A stretch of DNA of 20,169 bases from Candidatus Hermodarchaeota archaeon (lineage in GTDB: Archaea; Asgardarchaeota; Hermodarchaeia; Hermodarchaeales; Hermodarchaeaceae), in the NCBI GenBank assembly GCA_016840065.1, contig JAEOTB010000114.1, positions 1 through 20,169 on the forward strand. Direction: 5' to 3'. The notes beneath the pieces were generated by a model. The model was not told where the DNA came from and did not search any database. It saw only the letters and a list, made by a program, of their open reading frames with translations. The position numbers were made by a program, and so were the translations under genes. The first letter of the stretch is position 1, and each line of letters opens with the position of its first letter. This document shows, piece by piece, positions 7,751 through 16,343 of this stretch.

Positions 7751-10039
7751 ATGGCGTCGGAAGAACCAATCGTGGGCCCTGTTGCGTTTCGGTTACTTCC
7801 AGCAATCGTTGCTTCCCTCTTGGTGGCGTTCTTTGTTGAACGGGTCATCGAGTCACCCTATGCCTGGATTACGTTTGATGCCCTTGTGGCGTTCCTTGCT
7901 ACTATAGCTGCAGCGGTCTCTGCCTATCGAAGCCGCCAATTCCCCACGTGGTCTAACCGGCTCTTCGACGCGGGGCTGATGTTCATTATCTGGCGACACC
8001 TCTCAAGCGCCATTGAAGGTTTCCTCCTAGTGTATGGTGCCGGTATTCTTGAATCAAGAGAACTATTTCCCGAGGGCCTCATTGAAATCGCCCTAATAGG
8101 AGTTATCTTTCTCGCTAGTGAGGTTGCGAACCTTCGATCCCAAAGAAGGCTTTCGCAGCGCACTCAAGTCTTCTTTAGCGTGGTTGTGCTCGTTGGGCTA
8201 CTTATACTACACATGTTGCTGATTTATTGGATACTACTCCAGCTTGAACCCTGGTTTGTCTGGGTAACTGGTATTGGGTTTGGTACTATAGGTTTAGGAG
8301 CATTTCTAGCAGCAGGAGTGCTCTCGCTTCGTGCTAGTGGAGCCCGGACAAGGTCTGATGTTGCGAGGTATCTTACCATCTATTTGTTATATGGATTGGT
8401 ATGTGTTGTCTTGCTCTTAGCCACTGTGTATCCCTTTCCCCTTTGGTCTATAGCATTTACTTTCCAGGTGACTGCTCTGATTTTCGTGATCATTGCGGTT
8501 ATGTTTCCTATCGTGAACAGGTTACATCTCAACCGACGCACAACCAATGTATTCATTCTGATTATTGCTATTCTGATTCTTCTGCCCTTTTTCTTTGTAC
8601 TCATCGGACAGTGGTTAATACCTAGTGTGCGCTTCTACTCCTTTGAGGTGTTTCTCCTCTCTCATATCGGCGCTGCCATTCTTTCAGGCGGTATGGTCAT
8701 CCTGCTGTACGCTTACTCACAGCGTCAACCATTGCGGATTCATTCCCCTTTGTTATCCCTGTATGCTACATGGACCGTTGTGGAATTTTGTTTGATTGTC
8801 GCTTCACTAGCTCGAGTGCCAATCACCATCAATCAAACCCTTGTTCCCTACGTTACAGGATGCTTTGTGTCAATCATTCTCTTGGCAATAGTTGTCCGGC
8901 AGCTCCGGCAACCACAGACGATGCAGAAAGCAACTCGGTGGCGAGTTTGGATTTGGTATGTAGCTGCAGTTATTCTGACCATCATCCTAGGAGGTGAAAT
9001 CCTGCAGTTGTCCCTCCATTCAACGACCCCTTCGGCGGTAGTGGGAAACCCGCTGGACCGGATGATTTTGATGGGGTTCAACATTGTGCTCATGTTCTTG
9101 TTTACGTTGGTTGGATTTCTCATGTTGGAACGTTTCCAATCAAGGATTACCGTTGAAATGCTGGCTGTGGGTTATCTTGCGCTCTGGATCCTCCCGAGCC
9201 TCCTGCGGAGCATCACCCTACAATGGACCCTAGGCTGGTGGGTTGGCGAGTTTCTCTTATTGTCGGGGCTGCTCTTTGGCCCGGTGATCCTGGGAATCGC
9301 TTATCTTGAAGTGCTGAAGCAGGCTGATAGTCTACGGCGGCAGGCGAGCCTGTACTCGGACCTCCTCATTCATGATATCGGCAATTACCATCAAATCATC
9401 CAAAGCTCCATTGATTTGTTGGAAACTCAAGGAGTTCCGCCAGAGACAGAAGAACGGGCGATCCGCCACGCCCGGGCAGGGCTGCTCAGAGCCCACTATC
9501 TGGTACGGAATGTCCGCCAGCTTGCCAAGATTATCGAGACTCAAGAGGGTATCTGTGTTCCCGTGGATTTGGTTGAGAGCATCGAATATGCCTATAGTCA
9601 AGCGTTATTGGTGACACAGGCAAAGGATGTCGAGTTCCGCATCGACTGTCCCGAAGGCCGCTGCTTTGTGGTCGCAACGGATTTACTCAAAGACCTCTTC
9701 TTCAACCTGCTCAGAAACTCCATCGAATATTCACCTAAAAAGAAACGGATTCTTGTTGAAATCTCGCAAGCCGAATCTATGCAGAAAACCTGGTGGGTAA
9801 CTAAAGTGACGGATCATGGGCGGGGCATAGACCCTGCTCTTAAGACCCAACTCTTTGAGAGATTTCTAGAAGGGGCACAAGGTACCGGATTAGGTCTGTC
9901 AGTGGTTTGGGCCCTTGCTAAGGCGTTTGGTGGCTCAATCACTGTGGAGGACCGTGTTCCAGGAGACCATACGCAGGGATCCGTGTTTATTGTGACTCTT
10001 CAGGCAACAGAAGTACCAGCGAGCGAAGGGGAATGCTGA
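7751..10039 (+). CDS. Multi-TM sensor histidine kinase HK2
   Basis: Paralog of HK1 with DLLIHDIGNYHQ, FFNLLRNSIEY, VTDHGRGI and GTGLGLSVV. ~16 TM segments counted by eye. ATG 7751 preferred over GTG 7745. Confidence 0.92.
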   Translation: MASEEPIVGPVAFRLLPAIVASLLVAFFVERVIESPYAWITFDALVAFLATIAAAVSAYRSRQFPTWSNRLFDAGLMFIIWRHLSSAIEGFLLVYGAGILESRELFPEGLIEIALIGVIFLASEVANLRSQRRLSQRTQVFFSVVVLVGLLILHMLLIYWILLQLEPWFVWVTGIGFGTIGLGAFLAAGVLSLRASGARTRSDVARYLTIYLLYGLVCVVLLLATVYPFPLWSIAFTFQVTALIFVIIAVMFPIVNRLHLNRRTTNVFILIIAILILLPFFFVLIGQWLIPSVRFYSFEVFLLSHIGAAILSGGMVILLYAYSQRQPLRIHSPLLSLYATWTVVEFCLIVASLARVPITINQTLVPYVTGCFVSIILLAIVVRQLRQPQTMQKATRWRVWIWYVAAVILTIILGGEILQLSLHSTTPSAVVGNPLDRMILMGFNIVLMFLFTLVGFLMLERFQSRITVEMLAVGYLALWILPSLLRSITLQWTLGWWVGEFLLLSGLLFGPVILGIAYLEVLKQADSLRRQASLYSDLLIHDIGNYHQIIQSSIDLLETQGVPPETEERAIRHARAGLLRAHYLVRNVRQLAKIIETQEGICVPVDLVESIEYAYSQALLVTQAKDVEFRIDCPEGRCFVVATDLLKDLFFNLLRNSIEYSPKKKRILVEISQAESMQKTWWVTKVTDHGRGIDPALKTQLFERFLEGAQGTGLGLSVVWALAKAFGGSITVEDRVPGDHTQGSVFIVTLQATEVPASEGEC

Positions 10040-12324
10040 TGGCTTGGAGAGAATCGATTACAGGCTCGGTGGCTGTTCGACTATTCCCATTGATTGCTGT
10101 ATCTTCAATCATGGCTTTCGTTGTTGTGCCCGTCAGTGATTCGCCATATGCATGGATAGCATTCCATGCACTTACTGCTTTTCTGGCTACAATTGCATCT
10201 GCAGTAGCAATAACCCGAAACCGTGAATTCTCCTCTTTAAGCAACTGGCTCCAATTCGCAGGGTTTTTCTTCATAGTTATGAGACACATTGCGAGTGCCA
10301 TTGAAGGTTTTCTCGTCGTATATGGTGCTGGCATCCTAGAAGGGGGAAATGAAATTCTAGCCATACCCCTCGAGTTGGCTGTCCTCGGAGGACTATTCTT
10401 AGTCAGCGAAATTGCTAACAGACGACCCGTGACTATTTCTCATCGTAATGCTTTAGTCTTAAGTGCTGTCGCTGTTCTTGCTTCCTTCTTCCTATACGCT
10501 TTCCTTTGGGTTTTCTTCCAGCTTGATGTCGGAAACGCCGCACGAATAAGCTTGGATTTGAGCATTATCGCGATGGTTCTACTACTTGGAGCGGGAGCCC
10601 TCGCGCTTCACCACAAGAAACACCGAACAACTTCTGAAGTGGCCAGAGTTCTTACTATCTATTGGCTATATGGTCTAGCCAGTTTCGCTATACTGTTCTC
10701 ATTTCTATATCCTTCGCTATTTTGGATAAACGCGCCCACCCTCCAAGTGATTACACTCATCCAAATTTCTATGACTGTGGCGTTGCCCACGGTTGAAAGG
10801 ATGCAGCTCCGGCTCCGTTCAACCTACACTTTCATAGCCATGATTGGGATTATTGCCCTCTTGCCATTTTTGTTTATCCTAGTGGGTGAAGAACTTCTCC
10901 CAGGAGTCCGCTTCTACTCCTTTGAGGTGTTTCTCCTCTCCCACACTGGTGCTGCCATCCTTTCAGGTGGAATCGCAATCCTATTGTACGCCTTTTCCAG
11001 ACGTCAGCCCCTTCGACTTCATTATCCCCTAATATTCCTGTTCACTTCATGGACAACCATCGAGATTGGGTTGATTGTCGCATCACTCACTCGGCTACCA
11101 ATCACCATCAATCAAACCCTTGTCCCCTACATTACGGGAAGCTTTGCGTCGTTTTTCCTACTCGGATGGATGGTTTTCGAACTACGTCGCCCTCAAGATA
11201 TTCCGAAACCACAGCAGCTACGATTGTGGAGTATTATTGCCATTGCTGGTTTAGTGGTAATCATTACATTCGGCGAGAGATTGCAGTTATTCCTTCAATC
11301 GGCATCAACAACCGTGAGTGGCAATCCCACGGACCGTATAATCCTGATGTGGTTCAATATCGTACTCATGTTCTTGTTTACCCTAACTGGGTTTCTCATG
11401 CTAGAAAGGTTCAAAACACGGATTACCGTCGAAAGCATTTCTTTTGGCTACCTTACCCTCTGGATTCTCCCCAGCCTCCTGAAGAGCATCACCCTACAAT
11501 GGACCCTAGGCTGGTGGATCGGTGAATTCTTCCTCTTAGCGGGGCTCCTCTTCGGACCAGTAATCCTGGGGATTGCCTACCTGCAGGTGCTGGGACGAGC
11601 TGAAACTCTACGGCGGCAGGCGAGCCTGTACTCAGACCTCCTCATTCATGATATCGGGAACTTCCATCAAATCATCCAAGGCTCCCTTGATTTACTAGAA
11701 ATGGAGGGGGCTACTCCGAAAATAAAGGCTCAAGCGAGGGAACAGGCACAGGCCGGGTTGACTCGAGCCTACCATCTTATCAGGAATGTCCGGCAACTCG
11801 CTCGAATTGTGGAGACCCGCGAGGAAGACACTGGGCCCGTAGATTTGGTCGAGTGTCTAGGTCAAGCCTTTGAACTTGTTATAGAGGTAACCCAGTCAAG
11901 AAAGATCAAACTCGAGATACAATACGAAGAAAGGCAATACCTCGTGCTCGCGACAGACTTGCTTAAAGACGCCTTCTATAACCTTCTCAAGAATGCCATC
12001 GATTACTCTCCAGAAGAGAAACGAATCATAATCGATATCGAACCCTATCAATACCAGGGAGTAGACTGCTGGGCTGTTCGCATCACCGACCATGGTCGAG
12101 GGATAAAATCGGAACTCAAAGACCGACTGTTTCAACGATTTCTGAAAGGTGCGGAGGGGATTGGACTGGGACTATCGGTAGTGTGGACTATCATAGAAGC
12201 ATTCAAAGGCACAATCATTGTCGAGGACCGAATCCCTGACGATTATACAAAAGGCACCGTATTCATCGTGATCCTCCCAGCAGCAAAAATTGAATCCAGT
12301 AGTTCACTCAGCTATGGTTCTTAG
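10033..12324 (+). CDS. Multi-TM sensor histidine kinase HK3, overlapping the HK2 stop
   Basis: DLLIHDIGNFHQ, FYNLLKNAIDY, ITDHGRGI and GIGLGLSVV. Start is ATG 10033 or ATG 10039, the latter in a TGATG overlap with the HK2 stop. Confidence 0.92.
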   Translation: MLMAWRESITGSVAVRLFPLIAVSSIMAFVVVPVSDSPYAWIAFHALTAFLATIASAVAITRNREFSSLSNWLQFAGFFFIVMRHIASAIEGFLVVYGAGILEGGNEILAIPLELAVLGGLFLVSEIANRRPVTISHRNALVLSAVAVLASFFLYAFLWVFFQLDVGNAARISLDLSIIAMVLLLGAGALALHHKKHRTTSEVARVLTIYWLYGLASFAILFSFLYPSLFWINAPTLQVITLIQISMTVALPTVERMQLRLRSTYTFIAMIGIIALLPFLFILVGEELLPGVRFYSFEVFLLSHTGAAILSGGIAILLYAFSRRQPLRLHYPLIFLFTSWTTIEIGLIVASLTRLPITINQTLVPYITGSFASFFLLGWMVFELRRPQDIPKPQQLRLWSIIAIAGLVVIITFGERLQLFLQSASTTVSGNPTDRIILMWFNIVLMFLFTLTGFLMLERFKTRITVESISFGYLTLWILPSLLKSITLQWTLGWWIGEFFLLAGLLFGPVILGIAYLQVLGRAETLRRQASLYSDLLIHDIGNFHQIIQGSLDLLEMEGATPKIKAQAREQAQAGLTRAYHLIRNVRQLARIVETREEDTGPVDLVECLGQAFELVIEVTQSRKIKLEIQYEERQYLVLATDLLKDAFYNLLKNAIDYSPEEKRIIIDIEPYQYQGVDCWAVRITDHGRGIKSELKDRLFQRFLKGAEGIGLGLSVVWTIIEAFKGTIIVEDRIPDDYTKGTVFIVILPAAKIESSSSLSYGS

Positions 12325-12329
12325 ACCAG

Positions 12330-12517
12330 TTGGAGCGAAGGAAGGCAGCCAACCCCGAGCCATTGTCCTTGCTGGGGGAACAGGAGGAGTGGCAGCCTTC
12401 TTTGCCAAGTACACACAATCCAGACACACAGCTATCATCCTCTCAAACTATGACCCAGATGATGCTGAGGTCGTTGAAGAGAAAATCAGAAAGATGGTGC
12501 TAGGACCTAGCTCATAG
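12330..12517 (+). pseudogene. C-terminal remnant of a serine hydrolase (beta-lactamase class C / PBP-like family)
   Basis: LAGGTGGVAAFFAKYTQSRHTAIILSNYDPDDAEVVEEKIRKM matches the typical ending 'G(H)xGG.PG........GYTV.VLSNYDP..A..V...I'. There is no SxxK motif and no room for the rest of the gene. Confidence 0.6.
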
Positions 12518-12598
12518 AGACCATACTTGAGCAGGAAGCAGCCCTTTAAGCCTAAGAACACCCACATTAGATTATAATTAACTAGGAAGCTGAAGCTA

Positions 12599-13063
12599 AT
12601 GGTTGTGATTCGACGCGCAACGCTGGATGACCTAGACCTGCTTGTGAGTCTCCGTATCCAATTCCTGCGGGAAGCCGAACAGGTGAGAGCAGACATCCCT
12701 TCTAACGAGTTGCAGAAGTCACTTCGAAGCTATCTGCAGAAACATCTAGAAGAAGACACTTTTGTCGCCTGGTTAGCCCAAGAGGGCGAGGATATCATCG
12801 GGACGAGCGGAGTATGTTTCTACCGTATCCCACCCACCTTCAGTAACTCTTCTGGAGAAGTAGCCTATATTATGAATATGTGGACAAGGCCTGACCGGCG
12901 TAGGCAGGGGATTGGGCAATCGCTTCTAGATAAGCTGCTTGAGGAGGCTTCAACACGGGGTATTAGGAAGGTTCTGCTAGACACCACAGATATGGGACGT
13001 CCTCTCTATACGAAAAACGGATTCATAGCACGAGACAATGAACTGGTGCGCATGCTGGACTAG
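12599..13063 (+). CDS. GNAT family N-acetyltransferase
   Basis: IRRATLDD start, AYIMNMWTRPDRRRQGIG (acetyl-CoA motif A) and GRPLYTKNGF. A tttaagc box lies at 12545-12551. Confidence 0.92.
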   Translation: MVVIRRATLDDLDLLVSLRIQFLREAEQVRADIPSNELQKSLRSYLQKHLEEDTFVAWLAQEGEDIIGTSGVCFYRIPPTFSNSSGEVAYIMNMWTRPDRRRQGIGQSLLDKLLEEASTRGIRKVLLDTTDMGRPLYTKNGFIARDNELVRMLD

Positions 13064-13094
13064 ACCAAACAGAGAAGATTCAACGCAGGATGCT

Positions 13095-13661
13095 TCAGCT
13101 GATTTTACGTTTTTTTCTTCGGTAGAAGATGAGAAAGAATAGAACCATACAACCACTGACGAGGAGGGGTATTGCTAGAATTAGAGGGCTCCCGACTATT
13201 ATCGTAAGAGAGGCGTGACCGTATCGAACAAGAAAAGCGTGTAGGCTGTAGACGCCTGGTGAGAGGAAGTAATCGTCGGATGGATGTAGAAAACTAATGG
13301 TCCAAGTTTCACCACTCGTCAGGGTTCGCGTAATGATTACTGATTGATAGACATACCCCGAGGTGTCTGTACGATATATGATAAGGGGTGGGCTGATGAT
13401 TTCATAATCTGCAGAGTATCCGCTGTAGGAGAAGGTGATGGAATGGGGGTTGGTATTGGTGATTTGTAGATGGAAGTGGATTGGTTCTCCAGGGTCGTAT
13501 GTGATCTTGGGAGATGTAACCACATAGATTACTCCGAGTATCTGTGATTGGTATCGGGATTGATGGGTTACTGCAGAGATAGCTGAGAATGAGGTGGATA
13601 AGCTCAGGGAAAAAAGGGAGAGAGACAAGATGGCGAGGCAAAGGAGGGGCTTTGGCTTCAT
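13095..13661 (-). CDS. Exported, C-terminally anchored protein with a BsuPI-like Ig-fold domain
   Basis: Likely start ATG 13661 (MKPKPLLCLAILSLSLF, signal-like). YDPGEPIHFHLQITNTNPHSITFSYSG..DYEI...TLTSGETW...PGVYSL resembles BsuPI/Ig-like domains. Ends in a TM helix plus RRKKRK. Confidence 0.6.
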   Translation of the reverse strand: MKPKPLLCLAILSLSLFSLSLSTSFSAISAVTHQSRYQSQILGVIYVVTSPKITYDPGEPIHFHLQITNTNPHSITFSYSGYSADYEIISPPLIIYRTDTSGYVYQSVIITRTLTSGETWTISFLHPSDDYFLSPGVYSLHAFLVRYGHASLTIIVGSPLILAIPLLVSGCMVLFFLIFYRRKKRKIS

Positions 13662-13753
13662 TCTTTCTCGAATATGATTTACTTTCAGCGTGATATTATC
13701 CTTTGGTTTAGAACACCTACTCGACTCCAATCCGAGCACGCGGGGATATGTTT

Positions 13754-13781
13754 GATGCCGGTATCGTTAGGGATTTTAAGC
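13754..13781 (+). promoter_or_regulatory. Conserved upstream motif including a TTTTAAG TATA-like box (copy 1)
   Basis: gatgccggtatcgttagggattttaagc is 23/28 identical to 14664-14691 and ends 40 nt before the GTG at 13822. Confidence 0.6.
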
Positions 13782-13821
13782 AAAAGAAGAAACTCGATCT
13801 GCTAAATAGGAGTGGAAAAGC

Positions 13822-14583
13822 GTGGCAAAAACATCCCGCACAAAGCTCATCTTAGTCGGAGCCCTCATCGCAACTGTTGTGATTGTGACTCCGCTAGCGG
13901 TACTCACTCTGCTGAATATCCAACCACCACCTCAACCTACCCTTAATATCAGGTTCACTTTGTTAGAAAACGCCGGTGTCATGATCGAACATGAAGGTGT
14001 AAGAATCTACATCGACCCCTATGAACTCCCGCAAAGCTACGACCAGCTCCCAGCTGATGCGGTGTTAATCACACACGCCCATTTCGACCATTATCAACCT
14101 GAATCTCTAAATCTGGTACAGCAGACCGGAACTGTTAATGTCTTCCCAGAAAACATGTCAGCTGAAATCATTGCCCATGGCGGTGTTGGTGTGAACCCTG
14201 GCGACGAAGTGACCATCGAACACATCACGGTTAGAGCCTTCTATCAGTATGGGACGGAGGCACCATTAGACACTGGTCATCCAAGAGAGAGTAATCTCAC
14301 CAGCTATATCGTCGACATCGGAGGGTTCACGATCTTTCATGCAGGAGACAGCAACGACATCGAAGAGTATGCCCAGCTAACTGGTACAATCAACGTTGCG
14401 TTACTACCCACATTGATTTTCAATTCACAAGATGTCCTTGATTCACTTGACACAATCCAGCCAGACTACTTCATCCCCATTCACACTACAGGAAGTTACG
14501 CTGAAACATTCGTTACAACGTATGAATCTCAAATTACCTGCGAATGCCTAGCGCTCGATAATTTTGAGATGCACATATTCTAG
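13822..14583 (+). CDS. Membrane-anchored MBL-fold metallo-hydrolase (UlaG/Lactamase_B_3-like), paralog 1
   Basis: N-terminal basic stretch plus hydrophobic anchor, IYIDP, ITHAHFDHY (HxHxDH), FHAGDS and IPIH. An aggag SD lies upstream. Confidence 0.88.
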   Translation: MAKTSRTKLILVGALIATVVIVTPLAVLTLLNIQPPPQPTLNIRFTLLENAGVMIEHEGVRIYIDPYELPQSYDQLPADAVLITHAHFDHYQPESLNLVQQTGTVNVFPENMSAEIIAHGGVGVNPGDEVTIEHITVRAFYQYGTEAPLDTGHPRESNLTSYIVDIGGFTIFHAGDSNDIEEYAQLTGTINVALLPTLIFNSQDVLDSLDTIQPDYFIPIHTTGSYAETFVTTYESQITCECLALDNFEMHIF

Positions 14584-14663
14584 CTTCTGGAACCCCCGCG
14601 AGTGCTTACTCCGATGCAACCTGTATCCTTGTGTTCGTGACTAGATGGTCACCGACTATTTGA

Positions 14664-14696
14664 GATGCCGATAAAGTTAGGCTTTTTAAGCGGCAT
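14664..14696 (+). promoter_or_regulatory. Conserved upstream motif including a TTTTAAG TATA-like box (copy 2)
   Basis: gatgccgataaagttaggctttttaagc, with an ATGCCG (14665-14670) ... CGGCAT (14691-14696) inverted pair flanking the box. Confidence 0.6.
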
Positions 14697-14739
14697 TCCA
14701 ACCTTGACGAGCTAGCCGAAGCTAGGAGCGGACAATAAT

Positions 14740-15525
14740 ATGGCACTTAGTAGAAATGCCAAGATAATCATAGCTGTAGTCGTTATCTCTGTTTTTGCCA
14801 TTGGAACTCCTCTGGTGGCAATCACCCTCATCAACGCTAGCGCAGGCACGAACAATGGAATCAGCTTCAAACTTCTTGACAACGCGGGAGTCATGATCGA
14901 GCACAACGGCGTGCGAATCTACATCGACCCCTACAACCTCCCAAGCACCTACACCCAATATCCTGCTGATGCGATTCTTGTCACCCATCCCCACGGGGAT
15001 CACTACGATACCACATCCATCAACCGCATCCTGGATACAGAAACCGTGTTTGTGTTCCCCGAGAACATGACCGACGCCATAATCCTCTATGGTGCAACCG
15101 GGGTCACTCCTGGAGACACAGTTCAGGTCGGCCACATCAGCATCACAGCCTTTCACATGTACACCTTCGACGTGGGAGGAGGCGATGCAACTCATCCTCA
15201 AGAAGCTGAGTGGTGCAGCTACATCATTGACATTAACGGATTCACATTCTTCCACGCTGGTGATTCCAAGAACCTCCCCGAATACAACCTACTCACATCA
15301 ATTGAGGTAGCCATTCTTCCCCTTGGCCCTGGTTGCCAGACAATGGTCGACGAGGAGGTTGTTGACGCCATTGAGGAAATCGGACCCCAATACTTCGTTC
15401 CCATCCATTTCTATGATGTAGCGGCCAAAACGACATTCCTTGCAACCTACGAAACTCAAATCACCTCACTGGGTACGCAATGCGTTAACCTTGACTACTT
15501 CCACGCCACACCCCACATGTTCTAG
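14740..15525 (+). CDS. Membrane-anchored MBL-fold metallo-hydrolase, paralog 2
   Basis: N-terminal anchor, VTHPHGDHY, FHAGDS and VPIHF. Colinear with 13822..14583. Confidence 0.88.
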   Translation: MALSRNAKIIIAVVVISVFAIGTPLVAITLINASAGTNNGISFKLLDNAGVMIEHNGVRIYIDPYNLPSTYTQYPADAILVTHPHGDHYDTTSINRILDTETVFVFPENMTDAIILYGATGVTPGDTVQVGHISITAFHMYTFDVGGGDATHPQEAEWCSYIIDINGFTFFHAGDSKNLPEYNLLTSIEVAILPLGPGCQTMVDEEVVDAIEEIGPQYFVPIHFYDVAAKTTFLATYETQITSLGTQCVNLDYFHATPHMF

Positions 15526-15662
15526 CATCAAAGAATCCCTGAGAAATCAGGTCACAAAAACAGCTACTAGACTGGTCCCGCGGCTCAGATGCCAATCTGC
15601 TGCCTTAATAGAGGAATGCACCACAGTATAGCCCCTATGGCTAATTCGCTGGGCGGTGTATC

Positions 15663-16277
15663 TTGAAACTATCATGGCAAAGGATTGGGGCTCTCTGTGG
15701 CCTCCTCGGACCAGTTCTCTTTTCTTTTTTCATCGGCCTAGCGATACTTGTCTACCCCGGTGAATACAACTTCCTGCTGGATCATCTCAGCAACCTGGGC
15801 TCGACAGAGGTTAGTGGGGTTCCCTCCCCGCTGAACTACCTTCTCTTTTTCCTCGCATACTCCTCAGCTGCAGCCTGTATGGTGCCTTTCTGGTTAGCTC
15901 TTCGGTCAGTGTTCGATGAACCTAGGCGGCTCTATCATACGAGCTTGATAGGTAGCATATCTGGCATCCTGTCAGCGGTCTTCCTATCAGCGAGTGCTTT
16001 TCTTCCTGGGAATCTGCTCTTCCACCAGCACCGCTGGGTAGCTATCTTTTTCTTCTTCTTTCTCTCCTCAGCAATAATCGTGTACTCTTATGCTATTATG
16101 GCTAACAGGGATTATGGGAACCTCTATGCCCTCTTTGGATTAATCTTCGTGGCAGTCCTCTACCTACATGCCCTCGTACCAGGCTTTGAATCACCCCTAG
16201 TACAAAAGGTGGTGATGTTTGGTCTGATTTTCTGGTCAGCAATCCAAAGCTTCAAGATTACCAGAGCATTCAAATGA
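15663..16277 (+). CDS. DUF998-like membrane protein, paralog 1
   Basis: ~6 TM segments, YPGEYNFLLDHLSNLGS (Y....(I/L)SxLG), conserved His (HQHRW) and VQK near the C-terminus. Confidence 0.7.
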   Translation: MKLSWQRIGALCGLLGPVLFSFFIGLAILVYPGEYNFLLDHLSNLGSTEVSGVPSPLNYLLFFLAYSSAAACMVPFWLALRSVFDEPRRLYHTSLIGSISGILSAVFLSASAFLPGNLLFHQHRWVAIFFFFFLSSAIIVYSYAIMANRDYGNLYALFGLIFVAVLYLHALVPGFESPLVQKVVMFGLIFWSAIQSFKITRAFK

Positions 16278-16343
16278 TATTCCATTTTTTAAGGAGAGAC
16301 ATCGTAAGGGAGGGACTAGTTTAGATTCCTTGGAGGTATCTAT

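Noticed and set aside
11049-11525. 158-aa alternative-frame ORF with similarity to 8770..8997
   Set aside because: The similarity follows from nucleotide identity between HK2 and HK3. Both are off-frame within real genes.
13662-13739. N-terminal 26 aa of the listed 214-aa ORF
   Set aside because: ATG 13661 gives a proper signal-like N-terminus, so the upstream extension is probably non-coding.
14722-15255. 177-aa minus-strand ORF
   Set aside because: Antisense to MBL paralog 2, with no independent signals.
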